Source: Podarcis liolepis (taxonomy: Eukaryota). From it: a stretch of 64,000 nt of DNA. A program made the position numbers and the translations under genes. Numbering within the stretch: position 1 is the stretch's first letter; every line of letters begins with the position of its first letter. This document shows, in pieces, positions 23,991 through 37,638 of this stretch. The notes under the pieces were generated by a model, which was given only the letters and a program-made list of their open reading frames with translations, had not been told where the DNA came from and made no database searches. The stretch lies in assembly GCA_965112155.1 (NCBI GenBank), contig OZ218103.1; one strand, written 5' to 3'.

Positions 23991-26900
23991 TGCATCCCTA
24001 TTCCCAAATCAGCTATCCTCTCCATCAAGAGAGAAGGATCAAGGGAGGAAAGGATTATCTTTCCGTTTGTCCGAATCCATCAGTGACCCCAGTTACAAGT
24101 TCAGGAATTCAATTAGTTCCTTGGAATTTTATTGAAAGAGGGATCAGTATTCATGGCAACAAACCTTATGATTGCTCCTTTCCTTTTCAGCACCAGTTGT
24201 GAAGACCAGTTTACTAGATAGGGTGCTAAGTGAGACAGATCACTCTGGATCTCACAGTTGATCTCGCACGTAGCCATAGAGGAGTATTCATTCAGCCATG
24301 GCTCAGCACTTCGTAACCACAATGGATTTCAAAAAGTAAAGCATATGCATAGCATTCTCTTGCTGGACTGAAATGAAACTTAAAAGAGCTTAACTTTGAT
24401 GCATCTTTAGCTTCTCCTCTCCTCCCAAACAACAAAAAAACTATTGTGAGCAAAGTGGTACATTAACCTTTTGCCTGTTGATTTATCACTAGGAACTTGG
24501 TAAAATATGGGTGTATTTTTGATCACATATTTTGAGTCCCGTATTCTGTTGCATCGTGCATATTTCCAAGCGCATGCAAAGCAGGTGTATGTGCCACAAA
24601 GGCGGTAAAGTATAATGAAAAAGTGGAGGCCTGGAAGAATGCATAAATAACACACATTCAGCAGTAATAATTGAAATGGGGTGGACGAGTTATAGCAGCC
24701 CTGGGACATCAGTAAGTTACATGCCCTTGACTTTTTCAGGTTGTAGTTGGGATTGTTATCCCATGATTCATTGATCATGAATAATAGCCAAGCCACCTCA
24801 ACTTCTCTGTCATATTCTTCTCTTACTCTGACAGGCTTCCACGTCTCATGAGGGATCCTGCAATCTCTGTTTCCTGTCCTTGCCCTCAACTTCATGAGGG
24901 TTTTGCAAGCTGGTTTAATTCTGTGTCTTGTTTTCTAATATCCTGTGGGATGAGGTTTCTTCCTTCTTGCAAAATGCAACTATGTTTTCCTTCCGATTAC
25001 ATCATCACCCACTGCCATTCTGAAACTCCAAACTCTGTTTTCTGTCTCTGCTAACTGTCTCTTAGTTCAGGATGGTGCTCCAGCCATTTGCTGGCTGGCA
25101 TGTTATTTGCCTGTTAATGTTCTAGTTTAATGCCTCACCTCCCAGGCCATTACCAGGCTTTGTTTCCCTAAGGAACCACACTCAGTGAGCTATCACCAGG
25201 CAGGCCTGGCTTGTATTTTTAACATAGGCTGAATCCAGGGATTGAGTGTTCGGCACAGTTTAACTCCCCAAACCTTGATTAATTCTAACTTTTATTGGGC
25301 CCATAAATTGAGGGTGTCTTACACCCCACAAACCCATAACAGTATGGAGACTATGTCCTTATCCCAGATACATATATTGGAGTTTCCACCTCCTCCTGCA
25401 ACATGGGATTTTATTGACCATGAGCATACGCAATCTGTCTTCAACCTTATAATTCCTATTGCATTTCTAGATTTTCTAGATTTATTTAAATATTGTAGCA
25501 CTTGCTTGCCAGTGTGAGTTCTTAGAGGCATGCACAAGGCCTGGGAACATAGATAACTGGTGTGCAACTGCTGCAGGCCTAGAGACGGTGCATGGACTAA
25601 GAACCTTGTTAGGCAAAGCTTCCACATGTGTAATGTGGACATTCCTTTGGTGGCTGCCATTTTGTTTCAGTTGACCCAAATCAGTCAGGCCCAAACATTT
25701 TTGTACTTATGATAACTATAGGTTTTGAGTGTTTGGTGTAATTTTCTTTCTTACCTACTAATGCGTTTATTATTTCTGTCCCTAACTGATCAGGGAACTT
25801 AGGATCCTCAAAAATGCTTGTAATTCACATTGTATGAACGACAGGTTCCACCTAATGGCGTCCCTTTGGCTGTGTAAAAGATTTGGCTTAATTTGACAAA
25901 TCCACTAATACTATACTCATGCTTAAGGTATTAGCAATGTCTCTTGTTGAAATATGAGCCCCTGTGGTACCTGAGTGGGGCTGAGCTTATCGTATAACAT
26001 TACTTTAAGTGGTTGGCTCCTACATATAATCAGTATGCAGAAATACACAGCAGTACACATGTTCTTTAATTTCAGATCACCTGAACTACAAAGTTCATAA
26101 ATAGCCAGAATAAGAAGTACATTTAAGCACTTAAGTATATAACTTAAATGGAAGGAAACTATGATATCTGTCATCCCATTCACTTTGTCTAGGCCTTGAG
26201 GCAGTCTTTGAGGCTCTGGTTCAACTAGATTCCTACAGACTCAATTAACTTTTAAAGGCTGTGAATGAACCATTGAAACCACTGGGGCTACTCATGTGCT
26301 TAAATTAAATCACCTGCTTAAGTGCTGAGCTGGATCAGAGCCAGAATAAACTGAGAAACTGAAACCAAGGGAACTAGACATATCACTGTTGCATAAATAG
26401 TATAAAAGTTCTAGAAACAGGACAAAAGCTAGAAGGGGAAAAAAGGAATGACTTGGGCTAAACTGTTGAGATGCCTTGCCCATTTGAAATTCATTAACTG
26501 AATCAGGGCATTCATCTGCTTCAGTGAAAACCTGAATCATATTAATTACCTTTGTGAACTTTGTTGCTTCAGATACTCATTAAAAGCCCCAAATCCATAA
26601 ATTTATTCAGTCAATTTAATCTCATGGAAATAATTGGCAGTCAATTGACTTAACCCCAACTGTGGGTTGACTTCATGTATAGATTCTACAAAACTTCTTC
26701 ATTGAGTTTATGTGTATGAATGAGAAAGTGAAAGAATTATCTCAAATTATCAGTTTTCATCTGGGATCTTTAAACTTCAGATCCACAAGCTTATTTGGGA
26801 CAAGTCGCAGCTCAGTGTCTTGTTGAAGTCCATCCTCAAAAGCAACAACAGCATTGCCCAATTTTGAAACTCCGCCCCCCTTTCAACTCCTGTCTTGCAG

Positions 26901-27039
26901 CACCATGCTGGCCTATTAAAGTATTGGTACACAACTGCATGATAATGTGCATTCAGTGCTGGTTGCAGGCATATTTTGGGGGTGATGTATATATGTTGTC
27001 TCTGTGACACCCCTGTTCCACACTCTTGCTTGTTCTAAA

Positions 27040-27995
27040 GCACATTCTGCAGGAACAGATTTAATCTGTTGTTATTGTGGAATTTCCTCCCCACAGAGGT
27101 GTGTCTGGCATGTTCACTGGGAGTTGATCATGGTGTGGATTTGCCAAGTGTGACTTCCTCTTAGAACATTTCTCCCTTGCGTTCTGAGTTTGAGTGTCTT
27201 CAAAGTCCACAACACCTTTGGTAAAGGCTGTTCTCCAACTGGAGTGCTCGCAGGCCAGTGTTTCTCAGTTGTCGGTGTTTATACTACATTTTTAAAGATT
27301 TGCCTTGAGACAGTCTTTAAACCTCTTTTGTTGACCACCAGCATTACACTTTCTACTTTTAAGTTCAGAATAGAGTAGTTGCGTTGGAAGACGATAATCA
27401 GGCATCCACACGACATCACCAGTCCAACGAAGCTGACTTGGAAGAATCATTGCTTCAACACTGGTGATCTTTGCTTCATCCAGTACACTGATATTAGTTC
27501 GCCTGTCTTCCCAAGTGATGTGTAAGATTTTTCGGCGACACCTTTGATGGAATATTTCAAGAAGTTGGAGATGTCGTTTGTAAGTGGTCCATGTTTCACA
27601 AGCATACAGTAAGGTTGGTAGTACAATAGCTTTGTAAACAAGCATTTTGGTTTCCCTGTGAATGTCCCGGTCCTCAAACACTCTGCACTTCAATCGGGAG
27701 AAAGCCACTCTCGCAGAACTAAGGTGATGTTGGATTTTGGCATCAGTGTTGACCCTTCTGGAAAGATAACTAGGTAGGAGAAGTGATCGACATTTTCCAA
27801 TGTTACACCATTGAGTTGGATTTGTGGCACTGCAGAGGGGTTATTTTGTACTTGTTGGTACAAGTTGGTACAACTTGTTTGGATGTTGAGTGATAGGCCA
27901 AACTTTTTGTAAGCTTCTGTGAAGATATTTAGGATGGTTTGGAGGTCATCCTTTGAGCGTGCACACACTATGTTGTCATCAGCATACTGGAGCTC
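27040..27995 (-). mobile_element. RTE-clade LINE fragment, RT C-terminal half, frameshifted
   Basis: ORFs 27690-28127 and 27292-27708 give ELQYADD, FGLSLNI, LENVDHFSYL, TKMLVYKAIVLPTLLYACETW, QLRWTGDVVWM.DYRLP.QLLYSEL and GGQQKRFKD.LK. Confidence 0.9.
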
Positions 27996-28294
27996 TATAT
28001 GGTCCAGAAAACTCTGTTTCAACCACCTGGCCTCTTCTTCATTTGCAGAAGCTGCATGAGATGCAGGAAGAGGAATTGGCAGAAGGATAATGGGAGAGAC
28101 TCTTATGTGGAAGGTTTCCAAATACACCAGTGGATAATGCCAATTGAATCTTTTGGCTTTTTTGTCCTGGGGGTGGGGTGGGGGAAGAGAAACCTAATAA
28201 AAGGCAGCTGCCATCATATATAACCCCAAAGCATTGCTCCAACTGGCCAATTTAACTTTTCTGATTATGTCCCAAATGTTAAGGGACAAAAAAC

Positions 28295-28460
28295 AACCTA
28301 TAGCTCGATGGTAGAGCGGTTGCTTTGTGTGCAGAAGGTTGGTCACTCCCCAGAATCTCCAAGTAGGGCTGGGAAAGTCTCCTGACTGAAACCCTACAGA
28401 GCCATTACCAGTCAGTGTAAACAACACTGAGGTAGATGAACCAAGTATTAGTATATGGCG
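28295..28460 (+). mobile_element. Degenerate tRNA-derived squamate SINE
   Basis: A-box-like 'tagctcgatggtagagc', 'gcagaaggt', body 'gggctgggaaag…ctgaaaccct…cagtcagtgtaaacaacactgag'. Related remnant at ~45650-45790. Confidence 0.5.
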
Positions 28461-28789
28461 GCATAGGGTAGACTGCATCTACCAGTGAAGGGCTGAGGTG
28501 TGATTCTTTAAACAACACTAAATAATTTCAGCAGGAAGAAGGTAGCAACAATCCATTGACTTAACTCATTTGAGGATCAGGCCATAAAACTCAAACTATG
28601 ACATAAAAAAATAATAATGTCCCTATGTTTCATACTACTTTATGGAAATAATATGAAATAAATGAACATCTGATGGGTTAAGGCTGCCCTGTGAGTTACA
28701 GTTGTTAGATTAAGCCCATCACCTGCTAGTCAGAGTAACTAGAGGGAAGTCAGTTATGTCAGTGATCTGAGAAACAAGAAGGATTTGCC

Positions 28790-28910
28790 CCAGCTTTGGC
28801 CAACCTGGAGCCCTCCAGATGTTTTAGACTACAACTCCCACCAGTGCTGACCGGCACTGATAGGAATTGTAGTCCCAAACTTCTGGAGGGCACCAGTTGG
28901 CCAAGGTCTC
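28790..28910. mobile_element. Degenerate hAT-type MITE ('gactacaactccca' family)
   Basis: Palindromic: ccctccagatgttttagactacaactcc … ggaattgtagtcccaaacttctggaggg. Relatives at 57984-58120, ~56680-56790 and ~44581-44700. Confidence 0.65.
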
Positions 28911-30509
28911 TGCACAATAATCAAGAACAGCTCTGAATAAACTGTTCATCTCCATCAGACCAATAATGCACATTCCAGAAAAAAAATAACTCTGTAAATG
29001 TATATCTCTGTGATAGATAGTAATTGCTCCAGCAGAGCCATTACAGCCTATTAGGTCAATATTCTGCATTGCTAAAGTGCTTTAATTAATACACATTTAC
29101 ATAAGATATCAGGAGTTTCTCTCGGAGCCATGACGCAGTCGGGTGGTGGGGGTGGGGGATGTGGAGCGCAGCACCTAGGCTTGCATTGCAATACACAGCA
29201 CGTCTTAATGCTCAGTTATTTGTTTTAATTTATTAAAAGTGCCTGTCAGAGACTCAAGGCACCAATTACGTTCCTAACAGCATGACTATCTCCATATTCA
29301 TCAACCGGTGTGTTCTCATGCTTCAGGAAATGAAGGGAATTATATGTTTATGGACTGTACGAGAGAGGATGATGTTCTTAAAGCTCTGCCAACTTGGCCT
29401 CCATTCACCAATTGCTTTTTCACTTTCTGGTGTTCTTTTGGAGTCGTTAAAAAACTGTGTAGCTGTGAACTATATGGATGCCACTCCATTTATCTTTAGG
29501 GATGTGAAGCTCCCCAGTATCTCTATAGGACACTTGAGAGTGAAGGGGGGGGTTCTTGTTTCTCTCCCCACAAAAAGTTGTGCTTCACAAGCTGAGTTCA
29601 GATGCGTGAATGGATGAAATAACAGCTGGTTGTGTTGCTTCCCAGCAGCCCCATAAGCTGCCTGTGACTACGAATATGCCTGCTCAGACATCCGTCCGTC
29701 CGTCCTTCCCAGAGCTGTGTCTGAACCAACCCTGTAATGCCATGGAGAGCCAAACACAAAGTTCTATGCAATTTACAGAACTGTTGCAACCACCAGTTCT
29801 CAAAAGCAAAACCTGACAGAGGAAGTTGTGTTGTTTGAGACTGTCCATTGGCTGGTAGTGATCTCACAGTCAGGGAGAGGAGTGAGAAAATAAAGTGTCA
29901 GGAGAGTGATTTGTCAGTGAAAATCTCCCAGTATGTTACCCTGTGAAGAAGGAAGAGCTGATTTGGGCTTTGGGTCGGTTTAGTAAATCTAAAAATGTGT
30001 AACTCCACTTGTCTTTTATACTGAATCATTTTAAATAAAGGCTTACTTCAGCGGTTATATTTTAGAGAAGAAGAGGTGTTTATCAGAAAATCCTATCTCC
30101 AGCCTTTTACTTTCCGTGGAAACAGACGGCTTGCCTTGCCTCTCTGTAGGATCGTGATTATGACAGAGTTATAAATCATCTGAAGAAACTTTTGCAATAC
30201 AAATGGAGGTTTGGGATGCATGTGACAAGCTTCTTCAGCCAGCATATCTCATGCACATGTGGAAAATAAACAACTACAAGAGACTTAACGAGCAAGAAAG
30301 ACGAGAGAAGGTTTGAAGCCTTAGCTCTTGAAGGTCGTGAGAATTTTATTTCAGCAATGTACTTCACCTTAAAGGCCTTATTTCACAGTGGAGTCACCAT
30401 TATCTTTAGCACCTCTCCCCCCCCCCTCACACACAGAGCACTTATATCCCACACAGCGTAATAAAACTTGTCAAAATCAACACTTCACCCCTGTCATAAT
30501 ACCTCTCAT

Positions 30510-30646
30510 CGGTGCTTTTTTCCTAAAAAAATGTTTAGGGGCACTCTCATTTTCCTACTCATACTGAAATACTGTCCTGCAATGAGGCCAAACTTAGATT
30601 CGCAAAATGTTTAGGGGTATGCGTACCCCCAAGAAAAAAAGCACTG
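30510..30646. mobile_element. hAT-type MITE
   Basis: TIR CGGTGCTTTTT / AAAAAGCACTG. Exact 8-bp TSD CCTCTCAT at 30502-30509 and 30647-30654. Confidence 0.85.
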
Positions 30647-32739
30647 CCTCTCATTTCTGAAAGTAAAACATCTGCAAGGAAGTACAATTGCAAGGGCCTG
30701 GTGGCACAAACACTTTCACCAGTGGAATGGACCCCAAATCAAAGCTGAAGTGGGCTCACGCATAGCTGTGGGACAGGAAGCCTTGAGACTTGGCTGCATC
30801 ACGTACTTAAGACATATAGGCTTGGGTGGAAGGTGATTTGATCCTGCCTCCCTTGACAACCTGAATGGTGCAAAGTTCTAAACAGGAACTGGCCTGCCTT
30901 GCTGGGGGCCTTTGTGTACACCTCTGTCCCTATCTCTGATGTAACTCTTCAGGAGAATTTCTCTTTTGCCTCAGGCAGCAAAAGTGTCTCTGACTTGACC
31001 CCGTCCCATGACTCTTTTGGCTGCTAGGAGCAGGAGTGTATTTTAGGTGTCTTCTATGCAAAAAGAAGCAAGCCGTGGAGCAGGAGCTCATTGTATATGA
31101 CAAAAGGGTACAAGGTTTTAGCAGCAGACAGTGTGAGGCCTGATTTGGGGTGTTATAAAAGACCAGCAAATGGGTAATTATTTGTTTTATGATTGCTTAA
31201 TTCTCCAGCTAGGGGGATTTGCTTGTGAGATTTTCTCCCCCGGGCACCTCAATAACTTGACTGGCCTTTTGTGGGGAGAGTACTATTTGTTACTCTGCCT
31301 CAGATGTTTTGGGGCAGCCCTCGCTTATAGCCTGCCTAGAAGCCTTCTCCTCAGATCTCCCTTTAACACTTCAGCCTTTCTCCGTAACAATCATAATAAT
31401 AGTGAACATCTGAACACTCATTTCCATCTCGCTGCCCCATTTTCCTGCTCCTATGTGAGTGTGGGAGCCTTTATGAAGCGATTACTTAGCTTTGTACACA
31501 ATTAAACATATTGACCCCATACATTTTCACTGATCTTTTATGAGCCTGTGCTGAATCAAACACATCATTTCCCCATAAAATCACAACATTTTGTGTGTTT
31601 TTCTTCTTCTGAAGACCCTGTGGTTTGCATGTTAATTTGGGTATGCCCAAGGAGAAGGGGAGACGGATCAATGGGCTTAAATTATTAAAATTATAAGCAT
31701 CTGTTAATGATTCAGTCAGGTGTTGTAAAACTTACAGTACATCAATTTGCTTACTATATTAATTTTAGTCATGCACCTTGACAAGAGAAGGAAAGGTGTG
31801 ACACACATCTCTCTTCTCCTTTACTCACAGTGAATGGAAGTGATTCAGAAATACATAGCCTCCCCCCACACCATCCCGCTTTTTTAAGATTTATACTGAG
31901 TGGTGAGCAACTTAGAATGCAGGTGAATGGCAGGTCTGCATTACAAATGCCTGAGGTAACTATAAAAATATAAATGGTATAAGGTTATTGATTTTTTTCC
32001 TTGAGGCCACAAATTAGAAATGGCATGCTGAAGGGGGGGGCGGAATCACTGGTCTATTCACCAAATTTTAATTAAAACATAAATAAATCATTGTAGTCTC
32101 AGCACTTGCATATAAACAATGGGAAAAGATGGCATGCTTACAACAACGTGTCAGTGTTTTGTGACTAACGAGTCAGTGCAAAAATACAACATAAATGGGA
32201 ACCAGACTCCCAAACTAAATAATATCATATGCAAAACATTTCAGCCTATTACAGCAGAAGCCACTGAAACCACACATTGGGTTTTGGAAGAAGTTGGGAA
32301 GAGAGAGGATGATTTTGCAAAGTACAGCAGTACTTTAAAAAAAGTTAAACGCTCTTCTGAGAAAAAAATTGTGTGTGTGTTGTATATCTTCCATGGAGTA
32401 ATGGGCCGCTATGTCCTTATAGCAAACAATAACCATATGCTGTGTTGGGTACAAAGTGTTTGTTGCTTCATCAGTGCTTAAGAAGCTTGGAAAAGGAAGA
32501 GTTTTTGTTGTCATAAGCACTCTGTAAAGGCTTTTAATCAAAGCTCAAGGGAACAAAATATTTAATATGGAAAAACAACAATAACAACAACAAGGAGGTT
32601 GCATTACAGTATCCTCAAAGGGCTCCCTTGCACTTTGGGAGCAGGAAAGGCTGCCCTGTGACTTCCACTGGGATCTAAGAAGATGCGGAAAGAGCAGTAA
32701 TATACATTCCCACTTAAGAAAGGGAGATGTTGAAGAAGA

Positions 32740-33420
32740 TAAAGGTAGCAGCATAGAGCTGGAGAAGGAGCAGAAAAGTGATGTACTAAGCTGATCTAAG
32801 GGCTGGAACCAGATTGGTGAAGGCTGCTTGAAGGCATCTTGAACATTACCATGACTAAGATGGAGCTATGGAGAGATCCAAGAAAATCAAAAGCTGTGAA
32901 GGGTTCCAGAAGAATCAAGAGGTTCACACTTGCCCTGTCCATCTCTCAGTGTAGATCGTTTGAGTGACCAAAGCAGTTTTAGTCTCAAAGTGGATCAGAA
33001 GCCAGACTGGTAAGAATCCAGATAACATGTTGCTAAAACACTACCATGCAGTCCAACACTTTGCNNNNNNNNNNNNNNNNNNNNNNNNNNNNNNNNNNNN
33101 NNNNNNNNNNNNNNNNNNNNNNNNNNNNNNNNNNNNNNNNNNNNNNNNNNNNNNNNNNNNNNNNNNNNNNNNNNNNNNNNNNNNNNNNNNNNNNNNNNNN
33201 NNNNNNNNNNNNNNNNNNNNNNNNNNNNNNNNNNNNNNNNNNNNNNNNNNNNNNNNNNNNNNNNNNNNNNNNNNNNNNNNNNNNNNNNNNNNNNNNNNNN
33301 NNNNNNNNNNNNNNNNNNNNNNNNNNNNNNNNNNNNAGCTATCCATAGCCATCAGCTCTGACCTTGTCTTCTTGACCCAACAATGTGCTTTCTAATTCTC
33401 TGGACAGGATATTTTGCAAA
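32740..33420 (-). mobile_element. Old L2 RT remnant spanning an N gap
   Basis: Minus strand gives a degenerate LDSYQSGF…ETKTALV…DLS motif series. Confidence 0.5.
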
Positions 33421-33917
33421 GTTAAGGGGAAACAGTGCAATAGAGTGCCAGCTGGCAGAGCTCATTTACTGAGCCATTTTTGTACTCCTCCTAACTTCTT
33501 TAGTGCAGAAAAAGGGCCTGTGCTTACTCAAAGGCTATACACTAAGGTGAGACTGGCAGTTTTATGCTTTGTTTCTTTCATGCAAGGTTGTCTCAGCTGT
33601 TAAGTTATATCAAATGTATGGGAGGAAGGTCACAGGCCTGAGTGCCAAAGATTCATCAACAGGCCCCACTAAGCCCCATATCCCGGTTCAAATTCTTTTT
33701 TAAAATTCAAAAAGCCTTCTGTTTCCCAGTTGGAACGCTCCTCTAGAAGTGCCTCTAAAATTAAGCTTTAAAATAGAAATTTAAAATCCAGTAGAGTATC
33801 CCATCCAATTTGGGCACGACCATGACTGCCTCTTTGTGTTCTTCACAGCTGGTTTATTATTATCGTGATAGGGGTCGGTTTCCACATATAAATTCATAAT
33901 GTAAGATCAATGCTGCT

Positions 33918-34282
33918 GGTCCCCTGGACAGTTGAGTCCAGTCAAAAGCGACTATGGGGTTGGGGCTCTCATCTCGCTTTCAGGCTGAGGGAGCCGGCTT
34001 TTGTCCACAGACAGTTTTCCGGGTCATGTGGCCAGCATGACTAAACCACTACTGGCGCACGGAGGACCATGACAAGTGCCAGAGCACATGGGAGTGCCGT
34101 TTACCTTCCTGCCGGAGCGGTACCTATTTATCTACTTGCACTGGTGTGCTTTCGAACTGCTAGGTGGGCAGGAGCTGGGACAGAGCAACGGGAGCTCACT
34201 CCGTCACGGGGATTCGAAACACCGTCCTTCCGATTGTCAAGCCCAAGAGGCTCAGTGGTTTAGAGCACAGCACCACCCGCGT
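33918..34282 (-). mobile_element. Sauria SINE
   Basis: Reverse complement of the 18318-18697 family along nearly its whole length. Confidence 0.9.
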
Positions 34283-36208
34283 ACTTCTGTGAATATATTC
34301 TACAACTTCATTCTTCCAAATGCCTTAGGTACATTCAAAGCATTTGGGCAATCAGAAATTTAACTTGTCTTGCTAATATTATGTAGGACTGGTATGAGTT
34401 GCAGAAAGGACATCCAGTAATTATGCTTATTTTTTTCCTTTTAATATTTTGATTAATTAAAGATACATCGAGCGTTCTTACAGGCCTTTTAACCTGGCAA
34501 ATTATGGACTGTCCAGCCATTCAGCAGAATAAAACAAATAGGCCAGTGGAGGGTCCTATTGCTATCACAGCATAATCATGTGTATAAATATGGAGGGAAC
34601 TGGGCTTATATGGCAACATTGCATTGGAATGACATGTAGTTGATGGCAATGTAGGTTACATTGTATCGACAGAGGACATATTGATTAACTCAATCTATCT
34701 AAGTGGCAAGTTACATCTTCAGCGATTTGTCATTAATGTGGTATTTACAGTTATCCCTAGGGATTTACTTTATGAGAAATAGCGTGTGGCAACAAAAGTA
34801 GAAATAAATTATGACCGTAAAACATCTTCCTCTTCTGACTATAACACATATGCTAATTATTGTGGTCATATATAGATATAGACCGAACAAAAGTGGCAAT
34901 AGGTTTGGAACACAGACATGCTCCTAAGTTGCTCCCAGCATTGAACTATTATAATGTAATATGTGGAAGTGTTACTGTCTGTCTCATATTATGGCATGCT
35001 TAAAGCAGACTACTTCTGGACCCATGGGGCAATGCTCAAATTATTATGGAAATCCACAAGCACAAACCAATCTCTCCAATTTTTGCAAAAACTCCCAAAG
35101 TATTTTAAAAACAGCGCTTTGGGGGCTGTCATGAAAAGGTGAGGAGACCAGCCCTGCTCCCTTTAGCTCAAGCATGGGAGTAGCTTTGTGTTCCAGGCCT
35201 TCTTCACACACATTTCAAGATAATTTTAGACATGAGAATTACCTGGAGAACCTCTGCTGAAGGTTTGGAAAACTAAACTAAAAAAGATGCATTCTTTTAA
35301 AATTAACTTAAATATTCCATCTCTGAGGAAGACGAGAAATTAAAAAAACCACATATATAATGTTGAAAATTATCTACAATGCAAAGAGCACATTTGTGTA
35401 TCTCCACTAATAAGGAATTAGTGCAAAGACACTTTAGAAAACTGCTCAGCTTTGGGCTCCCATAAGTTGCCAGCAGGGCAAAGTGCCACTGTTGGGAAGG
35501 AAAGCACAAAGACTGCTTTGCGACATGCCTGGGGACACTTTTGCTTGGTCTTTTATGTGCTCCTGCTTGGCAGCAGCCCCATGTAAAACCAAATAAGGAG
35601 GAACTACTTTCAGGCTTGCTAACAATTCTTCCAAAGGGGAGGTCTTTTTCCCCTGCACTCTTCTGTCCCTTAGGAAGTTTTCAATAAATAAAGCATCCTC
35701 TGGCATTTGAAGAGTTAATTTGCTGCCATCTAGCGGCCCTCTAGTAATTTTGCAAGCTGTCCTTCGAAGTGCCCTGGAGACAGAGAAGGATCTGTAAAAG
35801 GTGTGATATGCTTTGGCATCACCTGTGCTGATACTATGGGCAGGAGGAGGAGGAGCACGCTGTCCCTGCAAAATTATTTGCCCAAGGATTCATGATCACT
35901 TTGTTGCTTGTTGGAAGCAGGTTTCTCAAGCACCTTTCAAGGAAAACCCGGCCTTGTTTCGTTTGGAGGGAAAGAAAAAACAGCCCACAATTTGCTTATA
36001 GTTTCCCTGTGCAAAGATAAATAAAACAGACAGTATGGGATGGCATGCAAGGTCAGTCCAGCCTTGCAAGATAGTAAAGTGATCTGCTTCAGAGGGCACC
36101 ATGTTGACGAAGGAAAGAATTGATTCTGAATGGTGCAGAAAGTCTTTTCTTAGCATGAACCTCTTAGTCTCAGGGTCGTAGGTTAGAGACCCATGTGGGG
36201 CAAAAAGA

Positions 36209-36273
36209 CCCCTGCATTGCAGGGGGTTGGACTAGATGGCCCTCAGGGTCCCTTCCAACTCTACGATTCTATG
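36209..36273 (+). mobile_element. CR1 3' tail
   Basis: 'gcagggggttggactagatggccctcagggtcccttccaactctacgattctatga', a classic CR1 terminus. Confidence 0.75.
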
Positions 36274-37549
36274 AAAAGTGTTAGCACTAGCAAGGGGGCT
36301 GGGGGACATTTGGTTTCTGTTCTGAAGAGCGAAATGTATTGGACTTTGCGGCAGAGGCAACACTCAAGTATATTTCATATACTTAGGAAGACTAATTGAA
36401 GTATACATCCAACTGATGCACACCTGTGTTAACTATCCTGCATACACACCATACATTTAAAGCACATTATTTTCCTTCAACGAATCCTGGGAACTGCGGT
36501 TTACCCATTACAGAGCTACAGTGTCCATTACTCTTAACAAACTACAGTTCCCATGGTTTTTCAGGGGGAATTATGTGTTTGGGTGAAAATTAAAATTATT
36601 TGTCTTTTTTTTTTAATTAAACTGACTGCATTGTGTTGTTTTACAGTTGGATTTCCTTTTAAAGTCTCCATTTTCTCAGTGCCAGTTGTCAAAACTTGTT
36701 TATCCAGCTTCATGTAATGCCTTTCAATATGACCACTCGGTAATCATAAATCTCTGCAACTAGCTTGTTCAGTTACCTGAATTTTTGTTACCAAAACATT
36801 CTAAACAGCCTCACATGGCACTTACAAGTTGTATTGCATCTGTGCCTTGTTGTTTTTTTTTAAGATATCTGGTTTCATGCAAATATTGCAGCTTTCTTTC
36901 CCTGCAGTGCAGGGGAAAGCTATCTGTGGGGAGTGAATTGTGTACTGCGGCAAAAGGCCTCTCTTTTCTATATATATATAATTTGAATTGATTTTCAGTT
37001 AATAACTTTTAACCTCCTGAACCAAAGAGTCTGTTGCATGGTACATGCATCAAAGCCTGGGTGATAGGCTGGAAACTGCTTTCCTATGTGTCTTCACATC
37101 CAGCTGCACAATCCTGGTACCTGCTGAAGATCTAAGTGAAGATTTGAGATGCTAATAGCTGCTTCTTTTTCTCCAAATGGACTAGTTAAAATCCTACAAC
37201 ATTTAAACAATTTAGGCAAATAATGTAGCTGTTCAAAACAAATCCCTAGTTTGAGCAAGCCAGTAAGCCACAGGAAGAGAGAAAAGCCATCCTGTATTCT
37301 AATTTCAGTTTGATTCTCTGAGTGCTATTGCTTAGGAAGACAAAAATAGCCCAGTGAGAACTGAGCATGCTCTGTGGGCATGGAATCCTGACCAGCTATT
37401 AGGAGATGGTGTAGAGAAATTGGGGGGGGGGGGGGAGAAAGGAATGGAGTGGAGTGGCTGGAACAATGAACAGAAGTACTTCACGTTATATATATTCCAC
37501 CAACTCATTCAAATTATCAAGGTGGGGTGCAATATTTACAACACAAAAC

Positions 37550-37638
37550 TCTTGCTCATATATTAATAATATATGTTAGCTTTTAAGGTGCTACTAGACT
37601 TCTTTTCTTTGCTGAAAAAGACTAACATAGCAGCTACC
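37550..37638 (+). mobile_element. Degenerate Penelope-like terminal remnant
   Basis: 'tgttagcttttaaggtgctactagac…agactaacatagcagctacc' parallels the minus strand of 14658-14730. The ribozyme core is not preserved. Confidence 0.5.

Noticed and set aside
24407-24895. 162-aa minus-strand ORF
   Set aside because: No recognisable homology or exon structure; consistent with a chance ORF.
27292-28127. Long ORFs with an RT motif as a possible domesticated gene
   Set aside because: Frameshifted, 5'-truncated RTE LINE; ordinary TE decay.
32964-33395. ORFs spanning N runs (also 2454-2660, 3255-3617, 6512-7104)
   Set aside because: Artefacts of translating N as X.
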